A stretch of 64,000 nt of DNA, taken from assembly GCF_963921235.1 (NCBI RefSeq), contig NC_086097.1, positions 28,956,001 through 29,020,000 of the forward strand. Direction: 5' to 3'. Source of the DNA: Mobula hypostoma. Lineage: Eukaryota. The position numbers and the translations under genes are program-made. A model generated the notes under the pieces. It searched no databases. It was not told the DNA's origin and was given only the letters and a program-made list of their open reading frames with translations. Below, one piece after another: positions 12,776 to 28,320 of the stretch (positions are counted from its first letter, which is position 1; each line of letters starts with the position of its first letter).

Positions 12776-14023
12776 TGGCCCACAATGCTGTGACAACCTT
12801 TTAACCTACTCCATGATCAATCTAGCCCTTTCTTTCTACATAGACTCCATTTTTCAATTGTCCAAGTGCCAATCTAAGAGAGGTCCCTTCATGCACTGCC
12901 TCTACCACCACCCCTGGCAGCACATTCCATGCACCCACCACTCTCTGTGTAAAAAACTTAACTCTGACATCCCCCCCTATACTTTCCTCCGATCTCCTTA
13001 AATTCATACCCCCTCGTATTAGCCATTTCCACCCTGGGAAAACGTCTTTGACTGTTCAGTTCTTATCATGGCATCTTAAAACACCCCCCAACCTTAAAGG
13101 CACATCCTGTTTTATTTGATATTTTCTACCCTGTAAACATTTAAAGATTCTGACTGTCTACCCTATACTTCCCTCAGGGTTGACCAGACAGACCAATAAT
13201 ATTATGAGCCTCTGTTAATCTTATATACTTCCATCAGGTCACCACTCAACCTCCTTCACTGTAGGGAAAATGAGCCCAGCCTATCCAATCTCTCTGCACA
13301 ACTAACGTCCCCCAGAGCATCCAGCATCCTGGTGAATCGCTCCCGTACTCACTCCAGCGCACAGTTGACCACCATCTAATCTGATACTCCTGCTCTCTGT
13401 CATTTTTTTTTTCGACCCCTGAAGAGTTCTTTCTTTCAGCGTACCCTCAGGGCTAGGGATAGAGTGCCCGGTGTTTGATTAGCTTTATTTCTAACGTACA
13501 TTGAAAAGTCCAGTGAAAAGCACTGTCTGTGTCAATGACTAACACAGATGTGCCGGGGGCAGCCTGCAAGTGTTGTCGTGTTTCTGGCACCAGCCTGGCG
13601 CGGCCACAGCTCACCAACCCTAGCATCCACATATCTGGGATGTAAGAGGAAGCGGAAGCACCCAGTGGAAATGGGATGAACGTGCATACAAACTCCTTAC
13701 AGACAGCGGTGGTAATTGAACCGGGGTTGTTGATGCTGTAAAGTATTACCCTAACCATTATATTACCATGCTGCCCTCACTGACTATTTAAGGTCAATAC
13801 CCACAGAATGCTGGGGGACCTCAACAGGTCAGGCAGCGTCTATGAAGGGGAATAAATAGTCGACGCTTCGGGTTGGGTCCCTTCATCAGGGCTGGAGAGG
13901 AAGGGGGCGGAAGCCAGAATCAGAATCCCTTGTGTTTACAACCATTTCAGATAGTCAGTCTGCAATCCACACTCACCCCCTTTCCCCGACACCTAGCTGC
14001 TCACCACAGCACCAGATACCTAC

Positions 14024-14196
14024 CACAAGCGCGATCGACAGGGCCTTCAGAGCTTTGGCTGACATACAGCGGTAGTTCAGGTTAAGCCGAGTGTCGTTGT
14101 GATGTCGAATGAAGTAAGACATGGGGCTGACTCCCAGTTCCTCACATGCCAGGCGATAGATCTGCTCCTCGCTTGGAGTTTCTCCTGTGGGCTTCA
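14024..14196 (-). CDS. LRRC74A: LRRC74A-like coding exon (VKPTGETPSEEQIYRLACEELGVSPMSYFIRHHNDTRLNLNYRCMSAKALKALSIALV)
   Basis: taaAG acceptor, GTG|GTAGGT donor, 173 nt, phase 1 to 0, compatible with both neighbours. Peptide resembles recalled LRRC74A '[20 protein letters not shown]...NLNHHGLG...KAIAIALV'. Confidence 0.88.
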
Positions 14197-14645
14197 CTTT
14201 ACAGCAAGTTGGGAGATTAAAATCAATTGATTATTGAATAATCATAATGACAGAGAATTACATAGAACATAGAACAAGATAAAGGGATTAGCTTTATTTG
14301 TCACATGCACATCAAAACATTGAAACAAACGGTGAATTGCATCATGACAAACACAGTTGGAGCGTGTGCTGGGGGCTGGAAGCATGGCGTCACTTATGGG
14401 GTGCCCCCAGCACAATCCTCGATGTGTGTTGGTGGTTGACACCAAACAAAGCATTTCTCTGTATGTTCCCATGTTTGTGACAAATAAAGCTTTTTTTTAA
14501 ATCTTTATCAGAGCAACACACAAACTGCTGGAGGAACTCAGCAGAGTGGGCAGGGAATAAACAGCTGACTCTTCGGGTTGAAACTGAAGTTCCTCCACCA
14601 TTTTGTATGTGTGTTGCCCGGGATTTCCACGATGGATTTTCTCAC

Positions 14646-14766
14646 CGTCGTTTTCCAGGTCAGTATCAAAATCATCCTCGCTCGCCTTTTCCAAGATCTT
14701 ATCCACGTTTTCTTTGCAGAGGGACTTGACGCTTTCAATGTCGGCCACACCAGAGCTTTGATCCAT
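14646..14766 (-). CDS. LRRC74A: LRRC74A-like coding exon (MDQSSGVADIESVKSLCKENVDKILEKASEDDFDTDLEND-G); exon 5' boundary at 14779 or 14790
   Basis: ATG at 14766. The acidic 'DFDTDLE' motif matches the segment before the LRR region in LRRC74 proteins. Ends GAC G|GTGAG (phase 1). Upstream acceptors ctccAG and tttAG. Confidence 0.75.
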
Positions 14767-15408
14767 AATGGTGCGAGAGCTGGAGAGATACTAAAGCACA
14801 GGCAAGTGTGAGCGGGGTCCCAGAGCACCGTTCCATCCCAACGAGTGGTCATGTACACGTAGAGACAGAGAGTAACACAGCTCAGGAAACTATCCATCAC
14901 AATTGTCACATGTTGTGGAGCCCTTTCCCCAGGCGTGAGACTACTGAATTCCCTGCTACCACCACGTCTCATCGTGTATGAAGCACCAGTAGGAAATAAC
15001 GTTTATTTTCTGATGTGTGTCATAAATACCACTTATTATTTGTTAACTTATTTGCGGTGACCATGCCTTATGTGTGATGTGTGAGTTATATGTACTGTGT
15101 TGTACACCTTGGTCCAGAGGAACGTCGTTTTGCTTGCTGGTATACATGTACATGGTTAAATGACAACAAACGTGAACTAGGGTGTACTGAGGCATAGCGA
15201 AAAACTTTGCCAACGCATCACTTCATCCCAACCGTCCGTTAAGAGAGTACAAAGGAAAAGCAGTAACAGAACACAGAAGGAAGTGTTGGAACAGGCTGGG
15301 AAAAAAGCTGCAGAGTCGTAGACTCGTCGAGGGCACAACCCTCCCTACCATCGAGGACATCTTCAAAAGGCAGCATTCATCATTAAGGACTCCACCAAGC
15401 AGGGCAAG

Positions 15409-15717
15409 CTCTCTCCTTATCACTGCCACCGAGGTGGCACAGGAGCCTGAACCAGGGCACGCTCTCTCCTTACCACTGCCACCGAGGTGGCACAGGAGCC
15501 TGAACCAGGGCACGCTCTCTCCTTATCACTGCCACCGAGGTGGCACAGGAGCCTGAACCAGGGCACGCTGTCTCCTTACCACTGCCACCGAGGTGGCACA
15601 GGAGCCTGAACCAGGGCACGCCCTCTCCTTACCACTGCCACCAAGGTGGCACAGGAGCCTGAACCAGGGCACGCCCTCTGCTTACCACTGCCACCGAGGT
15701 GGCACAGGAGCCTGAAG
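15409..15717 (+). repeat. 53-bp minisatellite, about 6 copies, derived from a Rex1-like LINE 3' segment
   Basis: (G/A)AGGTGGCAC recurs at 15431, 15484, 15537, 15590, 15643 and 15696 (period 53). Confidence 0.95.
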
Positions 15718-15856
15718 GCACACACTCAGCATTTCAGGAACAGCTTTTCCCCTCTGCCAAACAACAGGAATTCTGCAGATGCTGGAAATTCAAGCAACAC
15801 ACATCAAAGTTGCTGGTGAACGCAGCAGGCCAGGCAGCATCTCTAGGAAGAGGTAC

Positions 15857-15892
15857 AGTCGACGTTTCGGGCCGAGACGTTTCGTCAGGACT
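15857..15892 (-). ncRNA. Minimal hammerhead motif with disrupted stem II
   Basis: Reverse complement reads AGTCCTGACGAAACGTCTCGGCCCGAAACGTCGACT, inside a PLE end fragment at about 15765-15925. Confidence 0.6.
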
Positions 15893-16233
15893 AACTGAAG
15901 GAAGAGTGAGTAAGGGATTTGATTTCTGAACGGACAATGAACCCGTGAACACTACCTCAATATTTCTGCTCCTTTTCCACTACTTATCTATCTTCTCTAT
16001 ATGTATATATTTCTTATTATAATTTAAGATAGATTTTATGTATTGCACCATACTGCTGGCACAAAACAACAAATTTCATAATAATAGATGATAATAGTGA
16101 GAATAATCCTGATGCTGATTCTAATTCTGATTCTAATTATTGTCACATGACTGAGGTACAGCAAAAAGCTCGTCTTGCATACTGTACAAACAGGTCAAAT
16201 CGTTACACAGTGCACCGAGGAAGATCAAGGTAA

Positions 16234-17146
16234 GTGAAGAAGATAGGTGGAGGGGCCGGTAGTGCTGAGGAAACGGAGAGTCTGCAGAGAGACTTGGATA
16301 GATTGGAAGAATGGGCAGAGAAGTGGCAAATGAAGTATAATGTTGGAAAGTGTATGGTTATGTACTTTGGCAGAAAAAATAAATGGGCAGACTATTATTT
16401 AAATGGGGAAAGAATTCAAAGTTCTGAGATGCAACGGGGCTTGGGAGTCCTCGTACAGGATACCCTTAAGGTTAACCTCCAGGTTGAGTCGGTGGTGAAG
16501 AAGGCGAATGCAATGTTGGCATTCATTTCTAGAGGAATAGAGTATAGGAGCAGGGATGTGATGTTGAGGCTCTTTAAGGTGCTGGTGAGACCTCACTTGG
16601 AGTACTGTGGGCAGTTTTGGTTTCCTTATTTAAGAAAGGATGTGCTGACGTTGGAGAGGGTACAGAGAAGATTCACTAGAATGATTCTGGGAATGAGAGG
16701 GTTAACATATGAGGAACGTTTGTCCGCTCTTGGACTGTATTCCTTGGAGTTTCAAAGAATGAGGGGAGACCTCATAGAAACATTTCGAATGTTGAAAGGC
16801 ATGGACAGAGTGGATGTGGCAAAGCTATTTCCCATGATGGGGGAGTCTAGTACGAGAGGGCATGACTTCAGGATTGAAGGGCACCCTTTCAGAACAGAAA
16901 TGCGAAGAAATTTTTTTAGTCAGAGGGTGGTGAATCTATGGAATTTGTTGCCACGGGCAGCAGTGGAGGCCAAGTCATTGGGTGTATTTAAGGCAGAGAT
17001 TGATAGGTATCTGAGTAGCCAGGGCATCAAAGGTTATGGTGAGAAGGCGGGGGAGTGGAACTAAATGGGAGAATGGATCAGCTCATGATAAAATGGCGGA
17101 GCAGACTTGATGGGCCGAATGGCCGACTTCTGTTCTTTTGTCTTGT
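16234..17146 (+). mobile_element. Young 5'-truncated CR1 LINE; uninterrupted 276-aa ORF2 C-terminus plus 3' UTR
   Basis: LQRDLDRLEEWAEKWQMKYNVGKC...[13 protein letters not shown]...FFSQRVVNLWN. GGTAA direct repeat at 16229 and 17147. Confidence 0.9.
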
Positions 17147-19227
17147 GGTAAAACAATACCAGAATGCAGAATGTAGGAGAAAGTGCAGTGCAGGTAGACA
17201 ATAAGATGCAGCAGAGAAGAGTTCATTTTATCGTACTAGGGAATAGTTTAATTGTCTTAAAATAATGGGCTGGAGGCTGTCCTTGAACCTGGTGCAATGT
17301 GTTTTCATGCTTTTGTATCTTCTGTCTGATGAGAAGGGGAGAAGAGAGAGTGCCCAGGGTGGGTTAGTCTTTGACTTTGCCGGCTACTTTACTAAGGTAG
17401 CGAGAAGTGTAGACAGAGTCCATGGAGGGGAGGCTGGTTTCTGTGATTGCCCAGCTGTGTCCACAACATAGAATGCTTTCTCTGGTGTATCAATAAGAAT
17501 TGATGAGCATCAACGTGGACACGATGACTTGATTTATCTTTATGAGGTAGCGGAAGTCTTGTGAGCTTTCTTGGCCACAGCGTCAACGTGGTTGGACCAA
17601 GACAGGCTATTGATTGTGTTGTTGTGGCGTTCATTCCAAAGTACTTGAAGTTCTCAACCCTTTTGGACTCAGCACCACTGATATAAACAAAAACATGTGC
17701 ACTGACCTCTTTCCTGAAGTCAGTGACCATCTCTTTTGTTTTGCTAACACTGAGGCAAAGGGTGACTCCATGTCAGTACGGTCTCTACCTCTTTCCTGTA
17801 CTCTGACTCATCGATATTTGAGTTTTAACCCACTACAGTGAACTATCAGCAAACTCGTACATCTGAGCAAAGAGTTGACATTCCCCCCACCCTCGGTTGC
17901 TATTAAATCTCCCCTCTCATCTTAATCTTAAACTTATGCCCTTTAATTCTTTATTCCCAATCCTGGACAAAGACTGAGGGCATTCACCCTATCTATCCCC
18001 CCCATGGCTTTAAACAGTACACGTCTGTAATATAACCCCTCAGTTTCCTACATGCCGAAGGATAAAGTCTTAACCTGCCCAATCTCTTCCTGGAATTCTA
18101 TTCCTTGAGAAGTTGGGTATCCTTGTAGAATCAAACTCAGATTTATTAATCTCATGTACATTGAAAGATACAGTGAATGCGTCATTTGCGCTAACAGCCA
18201 TCACATCCAAGGATGTGCTGGGGGCAGCCTGCAAGTGTTGGCACACATTTTGGCACCAACACAGCATGCCCACGATGTTCAGCAGAACAACACAGAACAC
18301 AACTAAACAAGCCCCTTTCCTTCCTCACACTCACCTACGTACACATACAGTCCTCCAAATCCAGAACAGGCCTTCAGGGTTTTTCCACTGGGTTACAGCT
18401 TCTGGACTTCTGACTGACCTCCAGCTTTCAATCTTCGGTATTGACCCCAGGACAAACCAATGATGGGACCCTGCAGCTCAAACTTCAAGCGCACTGACTG
18501 ACTGGCCTCATGCCCTCTGCTCAAACGAACATGTGCTGACCTGGGACAGCTGCACAACCACGGATGTTCTTCATCCCCACGTCCACATTGCTGACCTTTT
18601 GAGCCCAGGGCAGAGGTCTGGCCTCCGGATGCCTTTTGTCCCGTGTCCACATCACTGGCTCTTCGAGCATGGAGCAGAAGCCTCGACTCTGAATGTCCTT
18701 CGCCACCTATTCACGTCAATGGCCTTCAAATGTGAAGTGCGGAGCGGAGGCCTGACCTCTAGATCCACCATCCCTATCCCTAAACCCTGATCTGACCCAT
18801 AACTCCTCACATCACTGTCCTTACACCCTAACCTGACCCCGAACTCCCTCTCTGTTCCCACAACCATCCTTACAAACTTAATAAAAAACAGCTTACTCTG
18901 AGGCACGATCTCAACAGAAACTGCAGCTCGGCACCATCTTGAAGTAAATCTTTGTAAATCTTTTCTGTGATATTTCCAGCATAATGGCACCTTTCCAATA
19001 ACAGGGCGACCAAAACTGAACAGTGCAGTTACCAGCGCCTTGTACAATAGCAACATAACACATAAGTCCTACGTTCAATGCCAAGACTGAGGAAGACCAT
19101 GTGTCTGAAACCTAACACAGGCCTCACAGTTCTCTTTAACAGGTATACATGAGGGAACGTTCCCCTCAAATACACATGATGTATGAGGCTGTGACTTTTG
19201 TAATTAATAAGGGACTTTGTCTATCCA

Positions 19228-19850
19228 TGGATTCCGGTTAATTGTGCCATTGGATAATTGGGGCAACTGCTTATTTGGGACAACTCCTAAAGAACAGAAA
19301 CTAATCATGAAAGTATCTGGGATTCCCTTTGTTTATTTGGGACATTGTATCATTTAATTGAGGCAGAGACTGTTGCCAAACAGTTTCTAACTAGTGTCTG
19401 ATGCATGCATTTGTGTGGCTGTTAGACACTACTTTGTGCTTCGAGTGAACAGTTTTTAAAATGGGTCTGTTGCTCGTGCTCAAAAGCAGTGATTTTTGTT
19501 GCTGATGATTGGCGAGGAATAAGCAGTAAGACAATTCAGAACCATTTTGCTAACTGTGGTTTCAAGCATTCTGACTTGGGGATGCCAGAAACGGCCAAGA
19601 GCGAAAATGAACAATTTCACTACTTCAACAAGTTAGGAATGACGAAGAATTTGAAAGTATCGACAATCATCTTGAATGTTACAATGAAAATGAAGATTTG
19701 GAGAATGCAAATGTCATTGTATGAAGGCAGTCCATTATCTGTACTGAGGTGTCCGAGCGATTTTGTTCATTTACAGTCAATCAAAAGAATGCACCACCCA
19801 TTGGGCACGGCGTTCACTGGTTGAATTCCTCCACCAATAACTATTAGGAG
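19228..19850 (+). mobile_element. Tigger/pogo-like DNA transposon remnant
   Basis: ORF 19489 'IFVADDWRGISSKTIQNHFANCGF' resembles a pogo/CENP-B DDE C-terminus. A related end (TA-CAGTAGATTCTGGTTAATTGGGAC, 20044) hosts the SB-like insertion. Confidence 0.6.
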
Positions 19851-20193
19851 CCAAAACCAGGTCGGCCATTATGAAATGGCGGAACAGACTCGATGGGCGA
19901 AATGGCCTAATTTTGCTCCATACCTTATGGTCTTATACTGTAATCGGGATCATTCCCGGAACTCTCATAGCCAGCACCTAGAATCTGAAAGTTAACTCTC
20001 TGTAAACTGAATCAGATACGGCATTGACATAATAATATAAATACAGTAGATTCTGGTTAATTGGGACACATCAAGACCAGTACATTTCAGCACAGTAAGT
20101 GGCTGCCCCAATTAGCCGAAGCTTCATGGAAATAGATAAAAAGGCATAAAAAAGATAAACTACTGTTTAACTGAGAAACATATTATATATTTA

Positions 20194-21833
<1,640 letters not shown>

Positions 21834-21984
21834 TCAATGAAATACAGAACAAATTGAAGCAGTTCTATAGTATTGTAGTACTATTGGTAGTGTTCTAATT
21901 TGTTCTGTATTTCATTTAAATACATAATTTGTTACTTAGTTAAGTGGCAGTTTATCTTTTTTATACCTTTTCAACTATCCTAGT

Positions 21985-24240
21985 CCTTTTTAAATGAATG
22001 CAAGCATTGCATTTTCCGTCCTCACCACTGACTCAACCTGCAAAATAACTTTTAGGGAATCCTGCACAAGGACTTTGCGCACCTCCGTTTTTTTTTTGTA
22101 TTTTCCTTTCATTTAGAAAATAGTCAATTAACTTCATTTCTTCTACCAAAGTACATGACCATACACTTCCTGGCATTGTATTCCATCTGCCACTCTTTGC
22201 CCATTCTCCTAATCTGTCTAAATCCTTCTGTAGCCTCTCTACTTCCTCAAAACTATTTTCCCCTCCACCTATCTTTGTATCATCTGTAAACATTGCAACA
22301 AAACCATCTATTTCACTATCCAAATCATTGCCATTTAACATAAAAAGAAATGGTCCCATCACAGACCCCTGTGGAGCACCACTAGTCACCGACAGCCAAC
22401 CAGTAAAGGCTCCCTTTATTTCTTCTCTTTGCCTCCTGCCAATCACCCACTGCTTTACCCATGCTAGAATCTTTCCTGGAATGCTATGGGCTCATAGCTT
22501 GTTAAGCATCCTCATGTGTGACACCTTGTTAAAGTCCTTTGGAAAATCCAAGTACACAACATCAACCGATTCTCCTTTGTCTATCCTGCTTGTTATTTCT
22601 TCAAAGGATTCCAACAGATTTGTGTGGCACCATGCTGATTACAGCCTATTTTATCATGTGTTTCCAAGTGCCCTGAGACCTCATCCTTAATAGTCAACTC
22701 CAACACCTTCCCAACCCACTGCAGTCAGACTAACTGGCCTATAGGTTGCTTTCTTCTGTCTCTCTTCCTTCATGAAAAATGGAGTGATATTTGCAATTTT
22801 CCAGTCTTCCAGAACCATTCCAGAATCTAGTGATTCTTGAAATATCATAATCAATGCCTCCACAATCTCTTCAGCCACTTCTTTCAGAACCCTGGGGTGC
22901 ACGCCATCCGGTCCAGGTGACTTATCTACCTTCAGCCCTTTCAGTTTCCCAAGAACCTTCTCTCTAGTAACATTAACCACACACCTCATGACTCCTGACA
23001 CCTGGAACTTCCACCAAACTGCTAGTGTCTTCCACAGTGAAGACTGATGCAAAATATTGATTCAGTTTGTCCGTTGTTACATTGACCCCCATTACTACCT
23101 CTCCAGCATCGTTTTCCAGTGGTCCAACATCCACTCTCAGCTCTCTTTTGCACTTTATGTGTCTGAAGAAACTTTTGGTATCCTCTTTAATGATACTGGC
23201 TACCTTACATTTATATTCTGTTTTTACCTTCTTAATTACTTTTTAGTTGCCTTCTGTTGGTTTTTGAAAGCTTCCAAATAGTCTAACTTCCCATTAAACT
23301 TTGCTCTATTACATGCCCTCTCTTTGGCTTTTATGTTGGCTTTGACTTCTCTTGTTAGCCACAGTTGTGTCATCTTGCCTTTAGAATTCTTCGTCCTCTT
23401 TGGGATGTACATATCCTGTGTCTTCTGAATTGCTTCCAGGAATTCCAGCCATTGCTGCTCTGCCATCATCCTTGCCAGTGTTCTCTTCCAATCAATTCTG
23501 GCCAATCCTCTCTCATTCCTCCGTAATTCCCTTTACTACACAGTAATATTGTGACATCTAGCTAGCTTCTCCTCAACTTTCAGGGTGAATTTGATCGTAT
23601 TACGATCACTTGTCCCTAAGGGATCTTTTACCTTAAGCTCTCTAATCAATTCTGGTTCATTGCACAACATCCAATCCAGAATAGCAGATCCCCTAGGAGG
23701 CTCAACCATGAGATGCTCTAAAAAGCCATCTTGTAGGCACTCTAGAAATTGCCTCTCTTGGAATCCAGCACCAACCTGATTTTCCTAATCTTGCATATTG
23801 AAATCCTCTTTGATGATTGTAACATTGCCCTTTTGGTGTGCATTTTCTATCTCCTGTTGTAATTTGTAGACCACATTCTTACTATTGTTTGGGGGTCTGT
23901 ATACAACTCCCATCAGGGTCTTTTTACCCTTTCAGTTCCTTAGCTCTACCCATAATGATTCAATACCCTCAGACTCTATGCCACCTCTTTCTAATGATTT
24001 GATTTCATTTTTTACCAACAGAGCCGTGCCACCCCTTCTGCCTTCCTGCCAGTCCTTTTGATACAATGTGTATCCTTGGATACTAAGCTTTCAGCCATGA
24101 TTCAGTGATGCCTACAACATCATGCCTGCCAATCTGTAACTGTGCTACAAGTTCATCTATCTTATTCCGTATACTGTGCGCACTCAAATAGAACCTTCAG
24201 TTCTGTATTCGCCCTTTTCGATCTTGTCCACCTTTTTACA
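21985..24240 (-). mobile_element. Degenerate CR1 LINE (APE and RT)
   Basis: KVDKSPGPDGVHPRVLKEVAEEI; GAPQGSVMGP; FTDDTKIGG. Confidence 0.88.
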
Positions 24241-26609
24241 TTGCAACTGCAATTAATTTGAACCCTCCCAAGCAAGTCTAGTCTGCCTGCAGGGATTATT
24301 CTGGAAATGAGCAGGTTTGATGGCTTTGGGCCTGTACTCACTGGTGTTTAGAAGAATGAGTGGGATATCACAGAAATTTACCAAATACTGAAAGACCTAG
24401 ATAGAGTGGGCATGAGAGGATGTTTCTATTCGAGGGCTCAGCCTCAGAATACAAGCAGATGAAATTATGACAGAGATGAAGAGGAACTTCCTTAGCCAGA
24501 CGGTGGTGAATCTGTGCATTCATTGCCACAGATGACTGTGGAACCCATGTTATTGTGTATATTTAAAGCAGAAGTTGACAGGTTTTTGACTTTCAAGAGT
24601 GTCAAAAGGTTAAGGGGAGAAAGCAGGAGAATGGGATTAAGAGGTAAAATAAATCAGCCGTAATCTCAACTCAACTCCAGAGCAAACTAGTTCTGCTCCT
24701 ATGCCTTATGGTCTTATGGTTGAAACTGGCACACTAACAACACTTGATAGGTATTTACACAGGAAATTGGATAGGAAATATTTAGAGGGAGGTGGGCCAA
24801 ACGCATGTATATGGGACTGCGTTAGATGGGAATATTGGTCGGCATGGACCTGTTGGGCTGAAGGGTCTGTTTCTGTGCTGTATCACTCCAAGCCTCTGTG
24901 TAACAAAGGGCTTAAGGATAAACAAGGTTATAACGTGGCAAATCTTTGCATGCAGCTCCAAAGGGAATCATCGGGAGGACTTCTACAGCTGAAATCTACA
25001 GTCACAGCCATTGGTACTTCATTAAGCAACATTACTTAAAGACATTTATAAAACCTATTGATCCTGAAAATCGGTGGACTCCAGGTAAAATTGAAATGCA
25101 GGGCCCTGAGAGCCCCAGTTCCTAACATCCTGTTGGCACTTTTTGCACAACTTACTTAATATGTTTATATATTTCTTATTGTAATTTATAGTATATTTTA
25201 TGTACTGCACTTGCACTGTCCAGTTACTGCAAAAAAACAAATTTCATGACATATGCCAGTGATAATAAACCTGATTCTGATTCACTGCCCCACTCCAGAT
25301 GGTTCATTTCAGTATTTACCGCAGGACTCCGCTTGAGAAGGTCCAGGTCCGGACTGGGATGGATGTTCACACTGGGTCACCAATTCTGAGCAGGTTGTAC
25401 ATGAAACAGAGTTGTTGCCCCATGGTTGTAACTTAGTGCCCTTCCTTAACCGATCTTTTGAAACTCGTTGCCTCTTACAATGGTCAGGAGCAAAAGGAAG
25501 CTGCTGCACGAGACTGCAGAGTGTAACAAGAACAGGTAACTGACACTCCCTGCCTCTCAGTCAGCTGATACCCAGGTCTTGGTTCCTGCAAATTCTATTC
25601 TGTGCATCATCGTTAGGATAAATTAACTACTCCTTCCGAATGAGCTCACCACTTACAGAAATGACTTCTCAAACTTCCGGTAATTTCTCCCTCCTCCCTC
25701 TTCCTCTCTTTTTCCATTCCCTATTCTGGTTCGGATGGCATGGAAGTGTAGCGGTTAGCGCAATCATTTTTCCAGCGTCAGCAATCAACCGGATCCTTGC
25801 CGCTGTTTGCAAGGGGTTTGTGCATTCTTCCTGCATGACTGTGTGGGTTTCCTCCAGGTGCTTCAGTTCCCTCCCATATTCGAAAGAGGTACGAGTTAGG
25901 GTTAGTAAGTTGTGGACATGCTACGTTAGCGTCAGAATGCGGCAGTACTTCTGGGCTGCCCCTCAGCTCAATCCTTGGACTGTTTTAGTCATTGTCACAA
26001 AACAATACATTTCACTGCATTGACATTTCCATATACATCTGGCAAATAAAGCTAATCTTTATGAAGCTGATCTATTTTTAAATGACATAAGAAGTTTTGG
26101 TGCTGTCGGATTAATATGCTGGTTCAACTGTTAATAGGAAGGGAAGTGGTATGTTCAGCCTTATTTCAAGAAGATTTGAGTACAAGTGTAGAGAATTCTT
26201 ATGTAGAGCCCTGCTGGGATATTTTTCTACTGGCATTGTGACATGTACAGAGATATGGTAAAAGTCTTGCCTCATACAGATCAAACATTAAGTGCCTCCG
26301 TATTATTGTACAGCAAGAGGGTGATGAAGATTTGCCCGATTGATTGCTAGAAGAGGATTTAATTCGTTCATTATTGACACATTTATTGAGGTACAATGAA
26401 AACCTTTGTTTTGCATGCCATCCATACAGATCACTTCATCACATCAGTGCATTGAGATAGTAAAACGTTAATCAATAACAGAATGCAGACTGAAGTATTA
26501 CTGGTGTGTATTTAATATTTCAATAATATTTGAGTAATCTTGTGTGTATGTATGTATATATATGTTGATTAAACATTCTTGTTTGCTTAAATAATTCATT
26601 CTGGGTTAT

Positions 26610-28320
26610 ATTTTGATGATGGAATTGACAGCTTTGTGATTTGATGATGGAATTTACAGCTTTGCAATTTGGATGATGGAATTGACAGCCTTGTTGCAAA
26701 GGTTGCAGACGATATGAAAATAGATGGGGGCAGGTAGTTTTGAGGAAGTAGAGAGGCTACAGAAGGACTTAGATTAGGAGAATGAGCAAAGAAGTGGCAG
26801 ATGGAATACAGTGTCGGGAAGTATTTGGTCATGCACTTTGGTAGAAGAAATGAAAGGGTTGACTATTTTCTAAGTGGAGAGAAAATACAAAAAAAGACCT
26901 GAGGTGCAAATGAACTTGGGAGTCCTTGTGCAGGATTCCCTAAAGGTTAATTTGCAAGATGAGTCAGTGGTGAGGAAGGCAAATGCATTGTTAGTTTTAA
27001 TTTCAAGTTGACTGGAATATAAAAGCAAGGATGTAATGTTGAGACTTTATAAAGCATTGGTGAGTCACTTGGAGTATTGTGAGCAGTTTTGGGCCCCTTA
27101 TCTTAGAAAGGACATGCTGAAACTGGAGAGAGTTCAAAAGAGGTTTACAAAAATGATTCCAGATTGAATGGCTTATCATATAAAGAGTGTTAAATGGTTC
27201 TGGGTCTATATTCACTAGAATTCAGAAGAATGAGGGGTGACCTCATTGAAACCTACTGAATGGTGAAAGGCCTTGATAGAGTGGATGTGAAGAATATTGT
27301 GGGAAGTTTTGGTCCCCTTATAGAAACATAGAAAATAAGAGCAGGAGTAGGCCATTCGGCCCTTCGAGCCTGCACCGCCATTCGGTATGATCATGGCTGA
27401 TCATCCAACTCAGAACCCTGTACCAGCCTTCCCTCCATACCCCCTGATCACTTTAGCCGCAAGGGCCATTCCTAACTCCCTCTTAAATATAGCCAATGAA
27501 CCGGCCTCAACTGTTTCCTATGGCAGAGAATTCCACAGATTCACCACTCTCTGTGTGAAGAAGTTTTTCATAATCTCGGTCCTAAAAGGCTTCCCCTTTA
27601 TCCTCAAACTGTGACCCCTCGTTCTGGACTTCCCCAACATCGGGAACAATCTTCCTGCATCTAGCCGGTCCAATCCCTTTAGGATTTTGTACGTTTCAAA
27701 AAGATCCCCCCCCTCAATCTTCTAAATTCCAATGAATATAAGCTAGTTGATCCAGTCTTTCATCATATGAAAGTCCTGCCATTCATCCATCAAAGAAAGG
27801 ATGTACTGAAAATGGGGAGGGTTCAGAGGAGATTCATAAGACTGATTCCAGGAATGAAAGGGTTACTATATGAGGACTGATTGATGGCTCTGGGCCTGTA
27901 CTCACTGGAATTCAGAAGAATGAGAAGGGATCTCATTGAAACTTATCAAATATTGAAAGGCCTGAATAGAGTGGATGTGGAGAGGATGTTTCCTTTGGTG
28001 GGGAGAGTCTAAGACCTGAGGACACAGACTCAGAATACAGGGGTGTCCATTTAGAATGAAGATAAGGAGGAATTTCTTTAGCCAGAGAGTGGTGAATCTG
28101 TGGAATTATTTGCCACAGGCAGCTGTGGAGCCAAATCTTTACGAATATTTAAGGCAGAGGTTGATAGATTCTTGATTGCTCTGGACATGAAGGGATATGG
28201 GGAGAAGGCTGGAGATTGGGGCTGAGAGGAAAATTGGATCAGCCATGATGAAATGGCAGAGCAGACTTGATAGGCAAAATGGCCTTTTGTGCTCCTATAT
28301 ATTTTCGTCTTATGGCCTTA
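26610..28320 (+). mobile_element. CR1 3' fragments with a nested antisense CR1 3' end at about 27322-27785
   Basis: RT C-terminal motifs on the plus strand. The inverted insert begins with the reverse complement of a CR1 3' tail. Short triplication at 26612-26692. Confidence 0.8.

Noticed and set aside
15409..15717. Palindromic repeat array as CRISPR
   Set aside because: Head-to-tail units without unique spacers, derived from LINE sequence.
18393..18850. Overlapping short ORFs in GC-richer sequence
   Set aside because: No recognisable domain or consistent splice sites; probably decayed repeat or leader sequence.
26612..26692. Triplicated TTG(G)ATGATGGAATT..CAGC motif
   Set aside because: Local slippage at the truncated 5' end of a CR1 RT fragment.
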